A stretch of 40,347 nt of DNA from a virus (IMGVR_UViG_3300036766_000337:1-40347), one strand, 5' to 3'; counted from the stretch's first letter, positions 1 through 8,080 are shown. Translations and numbers: made by a program. Notes: generated by a model not told the origin, from the sequence alone.

Positions 1-570
1 ACCACTACTGGGCTGGTTGAAATAAAACACAGATTCACCGACGCGATTCTGTTTTCGCGGGAAAACAGCTCGCTGAAACTCTGCGTCGAGGCGGCGGTAA
101 AGAGCAGCGCGGACTTGGAAGGCGCGGACTTGGAAGGCGCGAACTTGACCGGCGCGAACTTGGAAGGCGCGAGCTTGACCGGCGCGAACTTGGAAGGCGC
201 GAGCTTGCGCAGCGCGAACTTGCGCAGCGCGAACTTGCGCAGCGCGTACTTGCGCAGCGCGTACTTGACCGGCGCGGACTTGGTCGGCGCGGACTTGGAA
301 GGCGCGAACTTGGTCGGCGCGGACTTTGGCGACGATACAAAACTCGTCGGAGAACGCCCGATCCTGCAAATTGGCCCAATCGGTTCGCGCTCGGATTATC
401 TCGTGGCGTACCTGACCAACAGAGGTACTTACATCCGGGCAGGGTGTTTTTTTGGGACGCTTGCCGAGTTCCAAGATCGCGTGAAATCCACGCACAACGA
501 CAATGAGCATGGGCGCGAGTATGCGGCTGCGATTGCGATGATCGAGGCACACGAGGAGGTATGGAAATGA
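1..570 (+). CDS. Pentapeptide-repeat protein, 5'-truncated
   Basis: Frame is open from base 1 ([19 protein letters not shown]...). About 14 A(D/N/S/Y)Lxx pentapeptides encoded by 15-nt tandem repeats, followed by a C-terminal IGPIGSR...AGCF domain typical of phage pentapeptide proteins. Confidence 0.9.
   Translation, partial: TTTGLVEIKHRFTDAILFSRENSSLKLCVEAAVKSSADLEGADLEGANLTGANLEGASLTGANLEGASLRSANLRSANLRSAYLRSAYLTGADLVGADLEGANLVGADFGDDTKLVGERPILQIGPIGSRSDYLVAYLTNRGTYIRAGCFFGTLAEFQDRVKSTHNDNEHGREYAAAIAMIEAHEEVWK
109..330 (+). repeat. 15-nt coding tandem repeat (gcg(g/a)acttgNNNggc-like)
   Basis: Directly visible; encodes the pentapeptide units. Confidence 0.9.
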
Positions 571-1604
571 ACGAAGAAGCGATTGAGATCATAAAGAGGT
601 TCGTAGCATACGAAATGGACAAACAAGAGCCAAAATGGGGCGGATGGAGTGCGCTTACCATTAACGCCCGCCAATTCCTCGCAGACTACGACGCGAAGAA
701 TGCCGCAGTACTGGGGTTTCCATCGTCTGCGGCACCTGCTACTCCTGCCTGCCGTAGCGACGGTAAACCATGTCCTACACCGATTGGAGGTATGGGTAGA
801 GGCAAATCACTGTGCGAGCAAAGTGGGATGTGCCAGCGAACTAATATGGAGGCCCTACCAACTGTACATATTGCACCTGCTACTCCTACGGATGGGACTG
901 TTAGAGCATTCCGCACGATAAAGGAAATTGTCTGCGGAGAACGTGCTCCGTATTGGAACAGTGAATCAGCAATCTACAACACGAGAGGATTGATCGCAGA
1001 TGTCTGCGACAACGCCATGCTCGCCGCAGCCCCTGATACTCCTGCGCCTGCGGCTACTGCTACAGCAATGGACGTGATGGTGCAGCGTTTTCTAGGCTGG
1101 CCTGTGCCGTTCAGCGTATGCGCCGACCTGTGCGCAACACGACAGGAGAAAGGTCGCAGCGGCACGAACCTGTTGAGCGCAATAGAGGCGCGAGAAATGT
1201 TGACCTATGTTCTAGCCGCCGCCCCTGCCAACGATGCGCGGGATGCTCAGAAACTAGTCGAGTGTAAACACCGAGGGAAAATCATTCGAGGGAATGACTA
1301 TGGAGAAGATAAGGCATGGTGCGATGAGTGCGGAGAGATAACCTTTCATTCAGATGCACCCAATGAAGGAGAACATTTTCGGACATTCTCCGATAGAAAA
1401 AATTGGTCCGACAAACGGGTAATTGCCTTTGGATGTCAGAATGAAGCCAACCCCGTCAATAAATTGAATGATGGAAAGCGATGCGAGATATGGTGCAATC
1501 ACAACTACTGTCCATCTAAATTACGTGCCGCCACACGCGAGGCACGTAATCAGTCCGGCCCTCCGCCGGGCAGGACCCCGGATCAAAACAGGGGGAACTC
1601 GTGA
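567..1604 (+). CDS. Hypothetical mosaic accessory protein with Cys-rich modules joined by AAP/APATP linkers
   Basis: ATGA overlap with the upstream stop; long ORF; repeated gcacctgctactcct linker; CxxC motifs. Confidence 0.7.
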   Translation: MNEEAIEIIKRFVAYEMDKQEPKWGGWSALTINARQFLADYDAKNAAVLGFPSSAAPATPACRSDGKPCPTPIGGMGRGKSLCEQSGMCQRTNMEALPTVHIAPATPTDGTVRAFRTIKEIVCGERAPYWNSESAIYNTRGLIADVCDNAMLAAAPDTPAPAATATAMDVMVQRFLGWPVPFSVCADLCATRQEKGRSGTNLLSAIEAREMLTYVLAAAPANDARDAQKLVECKHRGKIIRGNDYGEDKAWCDECGEITFHSDAPNEGEHFRTFSDRKNWSDKRVIAFGCQNEANPVNKLNDGKRCEIWCNHNYCPSKLRAATREARNQSGPPPGRTPDQNRGNS

Positions 1605-1864
1605 GCCATGAAAGGGAACAAATGAAAACGGATGCACAGTTGCGAGATATTCGTTTGGACGCTGCGATGAAATCGCCAGAGGCTAATAATGCTTACGGCG
1701 ATCGCGCCGTCTACAACGCAGGCCGCAAGGACGCATTCGCCGATGCGCGGGATGCGGTGCTTGATTCCCCTGAGGTCGAGGGGGAAATATCCCCAAGTGA
1801 CCTGATCCAACGACTCATCGATGCGGAGAAGCCACCAGCGAGTCAGGAAGGGGGAAGGGGATGA
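1601..1864 (+). CDS. Hypothetical protein
   Basis: Overlaps both neighbours by 4 nt (translational coupling). Confidence 0.65.
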   Translation: MSHEREQMKTDAQLRDIRLDAAMKSPEANNAYGDRAVYNAGRKDAFADARDAVLDSPEVEGEISPSDLIQRLIDAEKPPASQEGGRG

Positions 1865-2682
1865 GCAAACTCTGTATTTATCACGGGAACTGTGCGGATG
1901 GTTTTTCTGGCGCGTGGGTTGTTCGCCGTGCGCTTGGTGAAACCACAAACTTTTACCCCGGTGTGTACCAAAACGCGCCGCCAGATGTGTCCGGGCGCGA
2001 CGTGGTATTGGTGGATTTTTCCTACAAACGTCCAGTGATGGAGCAGTTAATTTCTACTGCGAAGTCTGTACTAGTGCTTGACCACCACAAAACAGCCGCT
2101 GAGGATTTGCAGAATCTATCCGGCGCGGAAGTGGTATTCGACATGGGTCGCGCAGGTAGCAAGATTGCGTGGGACTATTACTTCCCGCATGAGGCTGCGC
2201 CGCCAGTATTGCTGCACGTCGAAGACCGCGACTTGTGGCGGTTTGCGCTGCCAAAGACGCGGGAGATTCAGGCCAACATCTTTTCCTATCCATACGAGTT
2301 TGCGATATGGGATAGATTGATGGCGAGTGATCCTGCTGTCCTTGCAATCGAAGGCGAGGCAATCGAACGCAAGCACTTCAAAGACATTGCTGAACTACTA
2401 GGCGTAGTGCAAAGACGCATGACGATCGGAGGCTATAACGTGCCGATCGCTAATCTACCATACACCCTTGTATCGGACGCAGCGCACAAGATGGCACAGG
2501 GCGAGCCGTTTGCGGGATGCTATTGGGACACCGCGAAAGGAAGAATCTTCGGGTTGCGCTCAACGGACGCCGGGATAGATGTTTCCGGCATCGCTAAACA
2601 ATACGGTGGAGGAGGTCACAGGAATGCCGCAGGGTTCACCGTTCCGTTCCACGTTGCTGCTGCATTCGAGATTACGCCATGA
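1861..2682 (+). CDS. DHH/DHHA1-family phosphoesterase (NrnB-like)
   Basis: YHxxCxDG, VDFSY, LDHH, DRDLW and GGGHRNAAGF motifs. Confidence 0.92.
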   Translation: MSKLCIYHGNCADGFSGAWVVRRALGETTNFYPGVYQNAPPDVSGRDVVLVDFSYKRPVMEQLISTAKSVLVLDHHKTAAEDLQNLSGAEVVFDMGRAGSKIAWDYYFPHEAAPPVLLHVEDRDLWRFALPKTREIQANIFSYPYEFAIWDRLMASDPAVLAIEGEAIERKHFKDIAELLGVVQRRMTIGGYNVPIANLPYTLVSDAAHKMAQGEPFAGCYWDTAKGRIFGLRSTDAGIDVSGIAKQYGGGGHRNAAGFTVPFHVAAAFEITP

Positions 2683-2864
2683 CCCCGCTAACCATGACCG
2701 AGTTGCGGCGACAGTTTGAGTCGTCCCATGCGCGACTCGGTTACAAGGATTTTTCTCGTTGGAATGGAGGCGCGACCTATTCTCACGGCGCCCTGCAATT
2801 ACGATGGGCTGGCTACCTAGCCTGCGCGCGGGCTAACGGGCTGCTGAAAAAAGGAAAATCGTGA
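2679..2864 (+). CDS. Small hypothetical protein
   Basis: ATGA-coupled to the DHH gene; 61 aa. Confidence 0.6.
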   Translation: MTPLTMTELRRQFESSHARLGYKDFSRWNGGATYSHGALQLRWAGYLACARANGLLKKGKS

Positions 2865-2959
2865 TGCCCGAAGACGAACGCGAAGCGCCTGACGAAGAAA
2901 CGGTACCCTGGGACTGCGACAATCAAGGTCCACAGGAACTAGGAACAACAGAGGAATAA
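2861..2959 (+). CDS. 32-aa acidic peptide (MMPEDEREAPDEETVPWDCDNQGPQELGTTEE), not in the ORF track
   Basis: GTGA overlap with the upstream stop; aagga RBS; stop lies 2 nt before the hammerhead. Confidence 0.45.
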   Translation: MMPEDEREAPDEETVPWDCDNQGPQELGTTEE

Positions 2960-2961
2960 CC

Positions 2962-3056
2962 GTCCACTGAGGAGCTAAACTAGCGAAACCTGTAGGCAGG
3001 GCTGGGCACCCTAGATGAGTTCTTACCTCCTTCTCATCGCGCCTACAGGTCTGGAC
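2962..3056 (+). ncRNA. Type I hammerhead ribozyme; predicted cleavage after C3051 (GUC)
   Basis: Stem I gtcca/tggac; core CTGAGGA (2967-2973); stem II gcta-aac-tagc; GAAA (2985-2988); stem III cctgtaggc/gcctacagg; GTC triplet. All conserved core nucleotides are present and the element is intergenic. Confidence 0.93.
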
Positions 3057-3079
3057 ACTCAACAAACCAGGAGACCACA

Positions 3080-3139
3080 ATGGCCTTTCATGACGAAGAA
3101 GATGATTGGGATGGCTTAGACGACTCACCAGATTTCTAA
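3080..3139 (+). CDS. 19-aa acidic peptide (MAFHDEEDDWDGLDDSPDF), not in the ORF track
   Basis: AGGAG RBS (3069-3073) 6 nt before ATG; stop is followed immediately by the next RBS. Confidence 0.45.
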   Translation: MAFHDEEDDWDGLDDSPDF

Positions 3140-3151
3140 CAGGAGTTGCAA

Positions 3152-3409
3152 ATGAGTGGAGTTACTGTAACAATCTTCATCAAGAACCCAGAATCTTTGG
3201 TGCCTGCTTGCCAGGTGTATGATATAGAGCTAGTTGGTCGTGGCTTTGGAAAGCTGGCAGAAGAGCTTCTAAATGCAGTTCTGGATGATTTTGAGATACC
3301 AGCCGCCAGGCCGATGATAAAACTGCCTGACACCAAACAAGCTCTGGACACGCTTATGAATCCTGACATTTCCATTAAAGGAGGTGATCCAACTCCAAAA
3401 ACCGATTGA
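3152..3409 (+). CDS. Hypothetical protein
   Basis: AGGAG RBS at 3141-3145 favours ATG 3152 over TTG 3146. Confidence 0.65.
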   Translation: MSGVTVTIFIKNPESLVPACQVYDIELVGRGFGKLAEELLNAVLDDFEIPAARPMIKLPDTKQALDTLMNPDISIKGGDPTPKTD

Positions 3410-3434
3410 CAACTTACCCAAATGGGTGTATTAT
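3406..3434 (+). promoter_or_regulatory. Sigma70-type promoter with an inverted repeat in the spacer
   Basis: TTGACA-17 nt-TATTAT; spacer contains ACCCA-aa-TGGGT. Confidence 0.75.
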
Positions 3435-3486
3435 AGCAATTCACTGGTAATATTGGTGAGAGACTAACCAACACAAGGAGCTACAA

Positions 3487-3834
3487 ATGGCTAAGCAAGA
3501 CGTGGCAAGCAAGTTGAAGGACAGCAAAGATGTTATTAAGGTGCAGTATGACTTTGGTGACAACCTGGCTGAGAGTGTAAAGTTGTTCGGTGAAGAGGTT
3601 GTCCATTCAAGAGCAAAGGCCGCTCTGGTGATCGACCTCCAGGCATTGGTTCGCAGGATGATCAAGGCGGGGAAGAAGTCCGACGAGATCACTGCCGCCG
3701 TTGCAAAGTGGAAACCGGACACTCGCGTGGTCGTTCACAAGACCGCCGCAGAGAAGGTGCAGGAAGGTGTTAAGCAGCTCACGAAGGAAGAGCGGCTGGC
3801 ATTGCTCAAGCAGCTCCAGGCAATCAAGGACTAA
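3487..3834 (+). CDS. Small basic hypothetical protein, possible paralogue of 39642..39986
   Basis: AAGGAG RBS, own promoter, Lys-rich helical sequence. Confidence 0.8.
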   Translation: MAKQDVASKLKDSKDVIKVQYDFGDNLAESVKLFGEEVVHSRAKAALVIDLQALVRRMIKAGKKSDEITAAVAKWKPDTRVVVHKTAAEKVQEGVKQLTKEERLALLKQLQAIKD

Positions 3835-3853
3835 CAGTCGGGTCTGTATTAAG

Positions 3854-3892
3854 TTCACCAGGGGTGTAACAATTTGTTACCCCTCTGGTGAA
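3854..3892. promoter_or_regulatory. Long imperfect hairpin centred on palindrome copy 1 (GTAACAATTTGTTAC, 3866-3880)
   Basis: ttcaccag...gtaacaa-t-ttgttac...ctggtgaa; intergenic. Confidence 0.7.
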
Positions 3893-3909
3893 TTCACCAA
3901 GAAATACAG

Positions 3910-4296
3910 ATGGCTAAGGTCTACATACTGAATAAGGGTGGGCATGACTACTCCGACGCTACACGCTTTGGAGAGCTAGTGTACTGCTCTGAAGGACTTA
4001 TTCCAAAGTTCAGCACTAGCCATATGGTTAGAGTCTTCCAAGGCGCCTTCCAGGATAGTCAGAACATTGACTATATTCTTCTTACCAGTCTCTCAACTAT
4101 GTGTTCCATAGCCTGTGCGATCTTCGCCAAAAAGCATGGAAGACTAAATCTCCTTATCCACCAAGCTGGTGTAGATGGGAAAGATAATCGCTACGTTGAG
4201 AGAATTGTAAAGTTAGGGGATCAAGATGAATCAACCAAAGATAAGAATAGTTCCAACTCCTCAGCCGAGAGAGGAAGAAAAACCGCTAAGGCTTGA
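3910..4296 (+). CDS. Hypothetical alpha/beta protein
   Basis: Well-formed ORF in the operon; VYILNKGGHDY and DYILL strands. Confidence 0.75.
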   Translation: MAKVYILNKGGHDYSDATRFGELVYCSEGLIPKFSTSHMVRVFQGAFQDSQNIDYILLTSLSTMCSIACAIFAKKHGRLNLLIHQAGVDGKDNRYVERIVKLGDQDESTKDKNSSNSSAERGRKTAKA

Positions 4297-4501
4297 GGAT
4301 ACAACTCCGGCCATGCGAAGAAATATGTCAGCTAGAGAACTCATCAAGCTGATGGGAAACAAGCATGTTTTACATAAGGACTATAAGGGCAATACAAAGA
4401 TCATTAAGAAAGTCCCCAACCTGGCAGGTCGATACTCCGTTCTGGATGCTGAGCCCAGCGCCTGGCAGACGTTCAAAAGTATTCTGTCTGGAGACGCCTA
4501 A
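4226..4501 (+). CDS. Hypothetical protein
   Basis: GGGGA RBS; fills the operon gap. Confidence 0.55.
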   Translation: MNQPKIRIVPTPQPREEEKPLRLEDTTPAMRRNMSARELIKLMGNKHVLHKDYKGNTKIIKKVPNLAGRYSVLDAEPSAWQTFKSILSGDA

Positions 4502-4502
4502 C

Positions 4503-4700
4503 ATGAGTCGACATTGGAAAGACCTGGGAGTAGATTTCACTATGCTTCTGTCAGGCAGTTTCCTCTGCTGGCTCTCTGGCTACTTCCGAGAACAGTTTAT
4601 CCTCAGTTTAGTCTCCTTCATTATAGGATTTATCTTCCTGGGATTGGGAGTGCTTGGAAGCTGGCATACCATTGTACAGATTGTAAAGGATTGGGAATGA
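4503..4700 (+). CDS. Small two-TM membrane protein (MSRHWKDLGVDF...)
   Basis: GGAG RBS; two hydrophobic segments; ATGA overlap with the next gene. Confidence 0.6.
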   Translation: MSRHWKDLGVDFTMLLSGSFLCWLSGYFREQFILSLVSFIIGFIFLGLGVLGSWHTIVQIVKDWE

Positions 4701-5671
4701 AAAACTACTACGACAACACGATGATCTCGACCTACAAAGAGTGCCCTCGGAAGTTTTACTTTGCCCACAAAAGGCATTGGCGGCTGGCAGGTGCAGCCAT
4801 GCCACTCATCTTCGGGCTAGCCTGGCATGAAGCGCAGAACGTGATCTGGGGAGGTTATCAGTTTGTCACATCTGACAAGATAACCGAAGATGATCTAGTT
4901 GAGAGCGCTATGGATGAGTTTAACAGAGTGTGGGCTGATGAAGGCCTAACGCCCTGGGGAGATATGTCTCCTGATGAACAGGAGAAGGTTGGTCAACGCA
5001 ATCCTATGGTTGCAAAGGAGATGCTGTATGCTTATCTTGATAAGAGAAGATTTATCCTTGAATTGGCCAAGATTATTTCAGTGGAACAGCCATTTGCTGT
5101 GCCCATCTATCCCAACAGGCCAGATCTCTGGTACATTGGGAGATTGGATAAGAATGTTGAGTTCAACGGGGAACATCTGGTTATCGAACACAAAACTACC
5201 TCCGAGTACAAGATTGATGGAGGTTTCAAAAACCAGTTTGTCGATAGCTTCTTCCCCAATTCCCAAGTTGACGGTTACATCTACGCTGCCAATATGCTAG
5301 ATTCAAAAGTCAAACAGGTATGGGTAGATGCTGCCCTGGTGCACAAAAAAGTACATGACGCTTTCAAGTTTATTCCTGTCGTGAAGAACCCTGAGCAGTT
5401 GGACGGCTGGCTATTCGACACGCAGGAGTGGATTCGTCGAATAGAAGAAGATACTGCCAAGTGGGAGGGTGAAGAACAAAGTGGCAGCACAATGCAGTGC
5501 TTTCCAAAGAACACAAATGCCTGTCAGGGAAAGTATGGAACCTGCACCTACCGATCTATCTGCACAGCGTACTCTAACCCAGAAGTGCATGATCTGCCGG
5601 AGGGCTTCATCGAGTTTGTCTGGGCTCCTTTCGACGTTCTACACATGGAGAAGATAGGATTGACAAAATGA
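4697..5671 (+). CDS. PD-(D/E)XK exonuclease, Cas4/RecB-like
   Basis: Start at MKNYYDN. Motifs CPRKFY, FGLAWH, VEQPF, GRLD, EHKT, QVDGY and C-terminal C-x6-C-x5-C, consistent with an Fe-S cysteine set. Confidence 0.88.
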   Translation: MKNYYDNTMISTYKECPRKFYFAHKRHWRLAGAAMPLIFGLAWHEAQNVIWGGYQFVTSDKITEDDLVESAMDEFNRVWADEGLTPWGDMSPDEQEKVGQRNPMVAKEMLYAYLDKRRFILELAKIISVEQPFAVPIYPNRPDLWYIGRLDKNVEFNGEHLVIEHKTTSEYKIDGGFKNQFVDSFFPNSQVDGYIYAANMLDSKVKQVWVDAALVHKKVHDAFKFIPVVKNPEQLDGWLFDTQEWIRRIEEDTAKWEGEEQSGSTMQCFPKNTNACQGKYGTCTYRSICTAYSNPEVHDLPEGFIEFVWAPFDVLHMEKIGLTK

Positions 5672-6030
5672 CTCGCTTTCAGCTTGGCTATGTTCTGTTG
5701 AGTTGCTATTTACCAGAGATACATGGGAGGATAGATGAGAAGATAGCCTTCAAGATTCGAATGCAGCAGCCTATGTCAGACTGGGACGTGTACCAGTGGT
5801 CGACTAAAGAGCTGAACTTGCCAGCCATCAGCGGGGAGATAGAAGAAAGTGCTGCTGGAGATATATTTGTAGTAGGAGTCTGCAAGAAGATTGCAGAGAT
5901 TTGTGGTGGAATGCTAACACAGCAAATTGTACTAACACAAGGAGATACAGATGGAACAGGTACTAACGATCCAGATTCGGATCAGGAAAAAGAGCAAGAC
6001 GACAGACAAGGCCCTCCTGACAGAAGTTAA
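5668..6030 (+). CDS. Hypothetical protein
   Basis: ATGA-type overlap with the upstream gene. Confidence 0.55.
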   Translation: MTRFQLGYVLLSCYLPEIHGRIDEKIAFKIRMQQPMSDWDVYQWSTKELNLPAISGEIEESAAGDIFVVGVCKKIAEICGGMLTQQIVLTQGDTDGTGTNDPDSDQEKEQDDRQGPPDRS

Positions 6031-6106
6031 GGACGCCCTGAAGATGCTTAACCTTGAGATGGAAGGTGGACCTAAAATTGTCAAACGGGAGATAACCTAT
6101 GCCTAA
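5951..6106 (+). CDS. 51-aa hypothetical protein (MEQVLTIQIRIRKK...), not in the ORF track
   Basis: AAGGAG RBS; stop overlaps the start of the next gene. Confidence 0.6.
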   Translation: MEQVLTIQIRIRKKSKTTDKALLTEVKDALKMLNLEMEGGPKIVKREITYA

Positions 6107-6938
6107 CGCTCGTGACGTTTCAGTTGAGACCGCTCACAGGATTCTGATGCTGGGAGCGACAGGAAGTGGAAAGACTACCCAGTTTCTAACACTACCCGGC
6201 AGGAAGTTCCTGTATATCTTCGATCCAAATGCAATCAGGTCTATCCAAGGTAACGATGTGGAGTATCAGGAGTTTCTGCCTGACACTCTGAACCTGAATA
6301 TTAGCTCGCTGAAGAAGGGGGTGGGAGATACGATTGGGAAGGTTAAGCCAGCCGACGTATATCTCGACTGGGAACGAGACTTTGAAGAGCGTCTATCCAG
6401 TGAATATTTCAAGGATTTTGATTGGATAGGCCTGGACTCCTTTACCACGTTCTCTGACATGGTAATGGATAGAGTGCTGACAATAAATGGGAGGACTGGA
6501 CAGTGGCCTCAACAAGATGACTACGGCCCTCAGATGAACACTCTCACCAATGTGATTAGAACACTAACTGGGACTGGCAAGGGGCTCTACGTAACTGCCC
6601 ATGTGGAAGTGATCAAGAATGAACTAACTGGCCAAGTGTTCAACCAGCCTGTTATGACAGGCAGACTACGTGTTAAGCTTCCCTTGTTGTTCTCCGAAAT
6701 ATTCTTCTGCGAGGCAGAGAATGATGGGAAGGGTAAGATTGGATACAATCTGCAGACCAAGCCATCTAGGATGATGCCTCTGATCAGATGTACAATAAAG
6801 GGCCTGGATGACAAGAATCAAGTAGTATCACTGGAACCGTTCGAGGATGTTACCCTGAACTTCAATGAGCCGCTGGAAGGCCAGGGATTGGGCGGAATTC
6901 TGAACTGGGAGCGGCGCTTTTTGCAAAGGAGTAAGTGA
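6099..6938 (+). CDS. AAA_24/Sak4-like P-loop ATPase
   Basis: Walker A GATGSGKTT, Walker B WIGLDS, TAH motif; sits between a nuclease and an SSB-like gene. Confidence 0.85.
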   Translation: MPNARDVSVETAHRILMLGATGSGKTTQFLTLPGRKFLYIFDPNAIRSIQGNDVEYQEFLPDTLNLNISSLKKGVGDTIGKVKPADVYLDWERDFEERLSSEYFKDFDWIGLDSFTTFSDMVMDRVLTINGRTGQWPQQDDYGPQMNTLTNVIRTLTGTGKGLYVTAHVEVIKNELTGQVFNQPVMTGRLRVKLPLLFSEIFFCEAENDGKGKIGYNLQTKPSRMMPLIRCTIKGLDDKNQVVSLEPFEDVTLNFNEPLEGQGLGGILNWERRFLQRSK

Positions 6939-7393
6939 TGGGATTCATTGATCTTGGTACAGACCTCGGAGATATCGAGGAAGCAAAAGCGGTGCCTCCA
7001 GGTCGATATGATCTGAGGGTTGTGCAGGTGAAAAACGAGCCAAGCAAGACCAGCGGCAAGCCTATGGTTTCTCTGCTACACGAGATCATAGGCCATCCAG
7101 AAGCAGCGCCAGTATCATACTATCTGTCGCTGCCAACGGAGGGAGATGAGCCGAAAGCTCGTACATTTAAGCTGTTGAACATCAGGCGTTATCTGTCACA
7201 GTTCAACACTCCCTTCGAGACTAACGGCTTCAACGAGGAGGACCTGTACGGTGCAGAAGGGAATGTGCAGCTGGGAATGTCTGAGCCGACAGAGCAGTAT
7301 CCAATCCCTCGGAATGAAATGCAGCTGGATAGACTGAAAGATGAACAAGTCCAGCAGAAGGCAACTGGGACTGGCAGCAAGAAAAAACGGTAG
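6935..7393 (+). CDS. DUF669-like putative single-stranded DNA-binding protein
   Basis: AVPPGRYDLRV...SKTSGKPM pattern; position in the recombination module. Confidence 0.7.
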   Translation: MMGFIDLGTDLGDIEEAKAVPPGRYDLRVVQVKNEPSKTSGKPMVSLLHEIIGHPEAAPVSYYLSLPTEGDEPKARTFKLLNIRRYLSQFNTPFETNGFNEEDLYGAEGNVQLGMSEPTEQYPIPRNEMQLDRLKDEQVQQKATGTGSKKKR

Positions 7394-7516
7394 CATACAA
7401 GAAAAGCCTCTCCTCAGTCGTTACAAACTGAGAAATCTCCTGAAAACTGGTTATCCCAGTTGACTGTTGGAGAGGCGATAAGGGCAATCGAGATACATAA
7501 CACGTAGAGGTGAAAT

Positions 7517-7681
7517 ATGGACTGGATTATTGTACTAATCATTGTAGCAGGTATTGTTGTCTATGAGTATCTGCACAATCAGAAGGTGAAGGCGATCGTT
7601 GATGGATTTACTAGCCATGCCAAAGCTGTAATTGGTGGAGATAATACCGGAGCACCTCCCAATGATGGCAGCAAGAGTTAA
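7517..7681 (+). CDS. 54-aa single-TM protein (MDWIIVLIIVAGIVVYEY...), not in the ORF track
   Basis: GAGGTG RBS; N-terminal hydrophobic helix. Confidence 0.65.
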   Translation: MDWIIVLIIVAGIVVYEYLHNQKVKAIVDGFTSHAKAVIGGDNTGAPPNDGSKS

Positions 7682-7847
7682 CTTTGAGCTGGACAAGGCG
7701 ATCAACGATGAGCTAAACTCACTACTTCCTCGGGGGACTAAGAGTATGGTCCTCCGAGGTTTCGTATGCAAGCTTATCAAGGAGTTGAGAGCCGGAAAGA
7801 TGGACTTGGTAAATGAGTGTAGCCGCTTGAGTCAGAGGAAGCCATGA
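7662..7847 (+). CDS. Small putative ribbon-helix-helix DNA-binding protein
   Basis: ARVNFEL alternating strand followed by two helices; GGAG RBS; exact start uncertain. Confidence 0.5.
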   Translation: MMAARVNFELDKAINDELNSLLPRGTKSMVLRGFVCKLIKELRAGKMDLVNECSRLSQRKP

Positions 7848-8080
7848 AACTATCTGCACTACTAAATCGCATCAGCGAGATGTCTGAAGATGAACTGCGG
7901 CAGCATGTTCAGGATGTTAGACATAGGAGAGAGATCATACGCCCTGCAAAGCAGAAGCACATAGAGAGGGAAGAACGATCTGACAGCCGCAGAGTTGTGT
8001 CGAAGCTGGAAAAACTGGCTGGCGAAATGTCTGAGGAAGAGCGTGCTAAACTGATTGCCCAACTACAACTGGAGGAATAA
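7844..8080 (+). CDS. Small helical hypothetical protein
   Basis: Coupled overlaps on both sides. Confidence 0.7.
   Translation: MKLSALLNRISEMSEDELRQHVQDVRHRREIIRPAKQKHIEREERSDSRRVVSKLEKLAGEMSEEERAKLIAQLQLEE

Noticed and set aside
109-330. Periodic repeats as a possible CRISPR array (also considered for 40129-40300)
   Set aside because: Tandem units without unique spacers. The Cas4-like nuclease sits in an ordinary phage recombination module.
35-661. 208-aa Arg/Ser/Pro-repeat ORF on the minus strand
   Set aside because: Antisense shadow of the pentapeptide repeat gene.
2889-2905. CTGACGA-A-GAAAC resembling a second hammerhead core
   Set aside because: No stem II between the core halves and no matching stems I/III; explained by PDEET codons.
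4514-4696. N-terminal extensions in the ORF track (also 28927-29010, 17911-17937, 7632-7661)
   Set aside because: They overlap upstream genes; downstream starts have better RBS or coupling and match domain boundaries.
7406-7420. CTGAGGA on the minus strand and GTTACAA (twister-like) on the plus strand
   Set aside because: No GAAA/NUH partner for a hammerhead and no pseudoknot partner for a twister.
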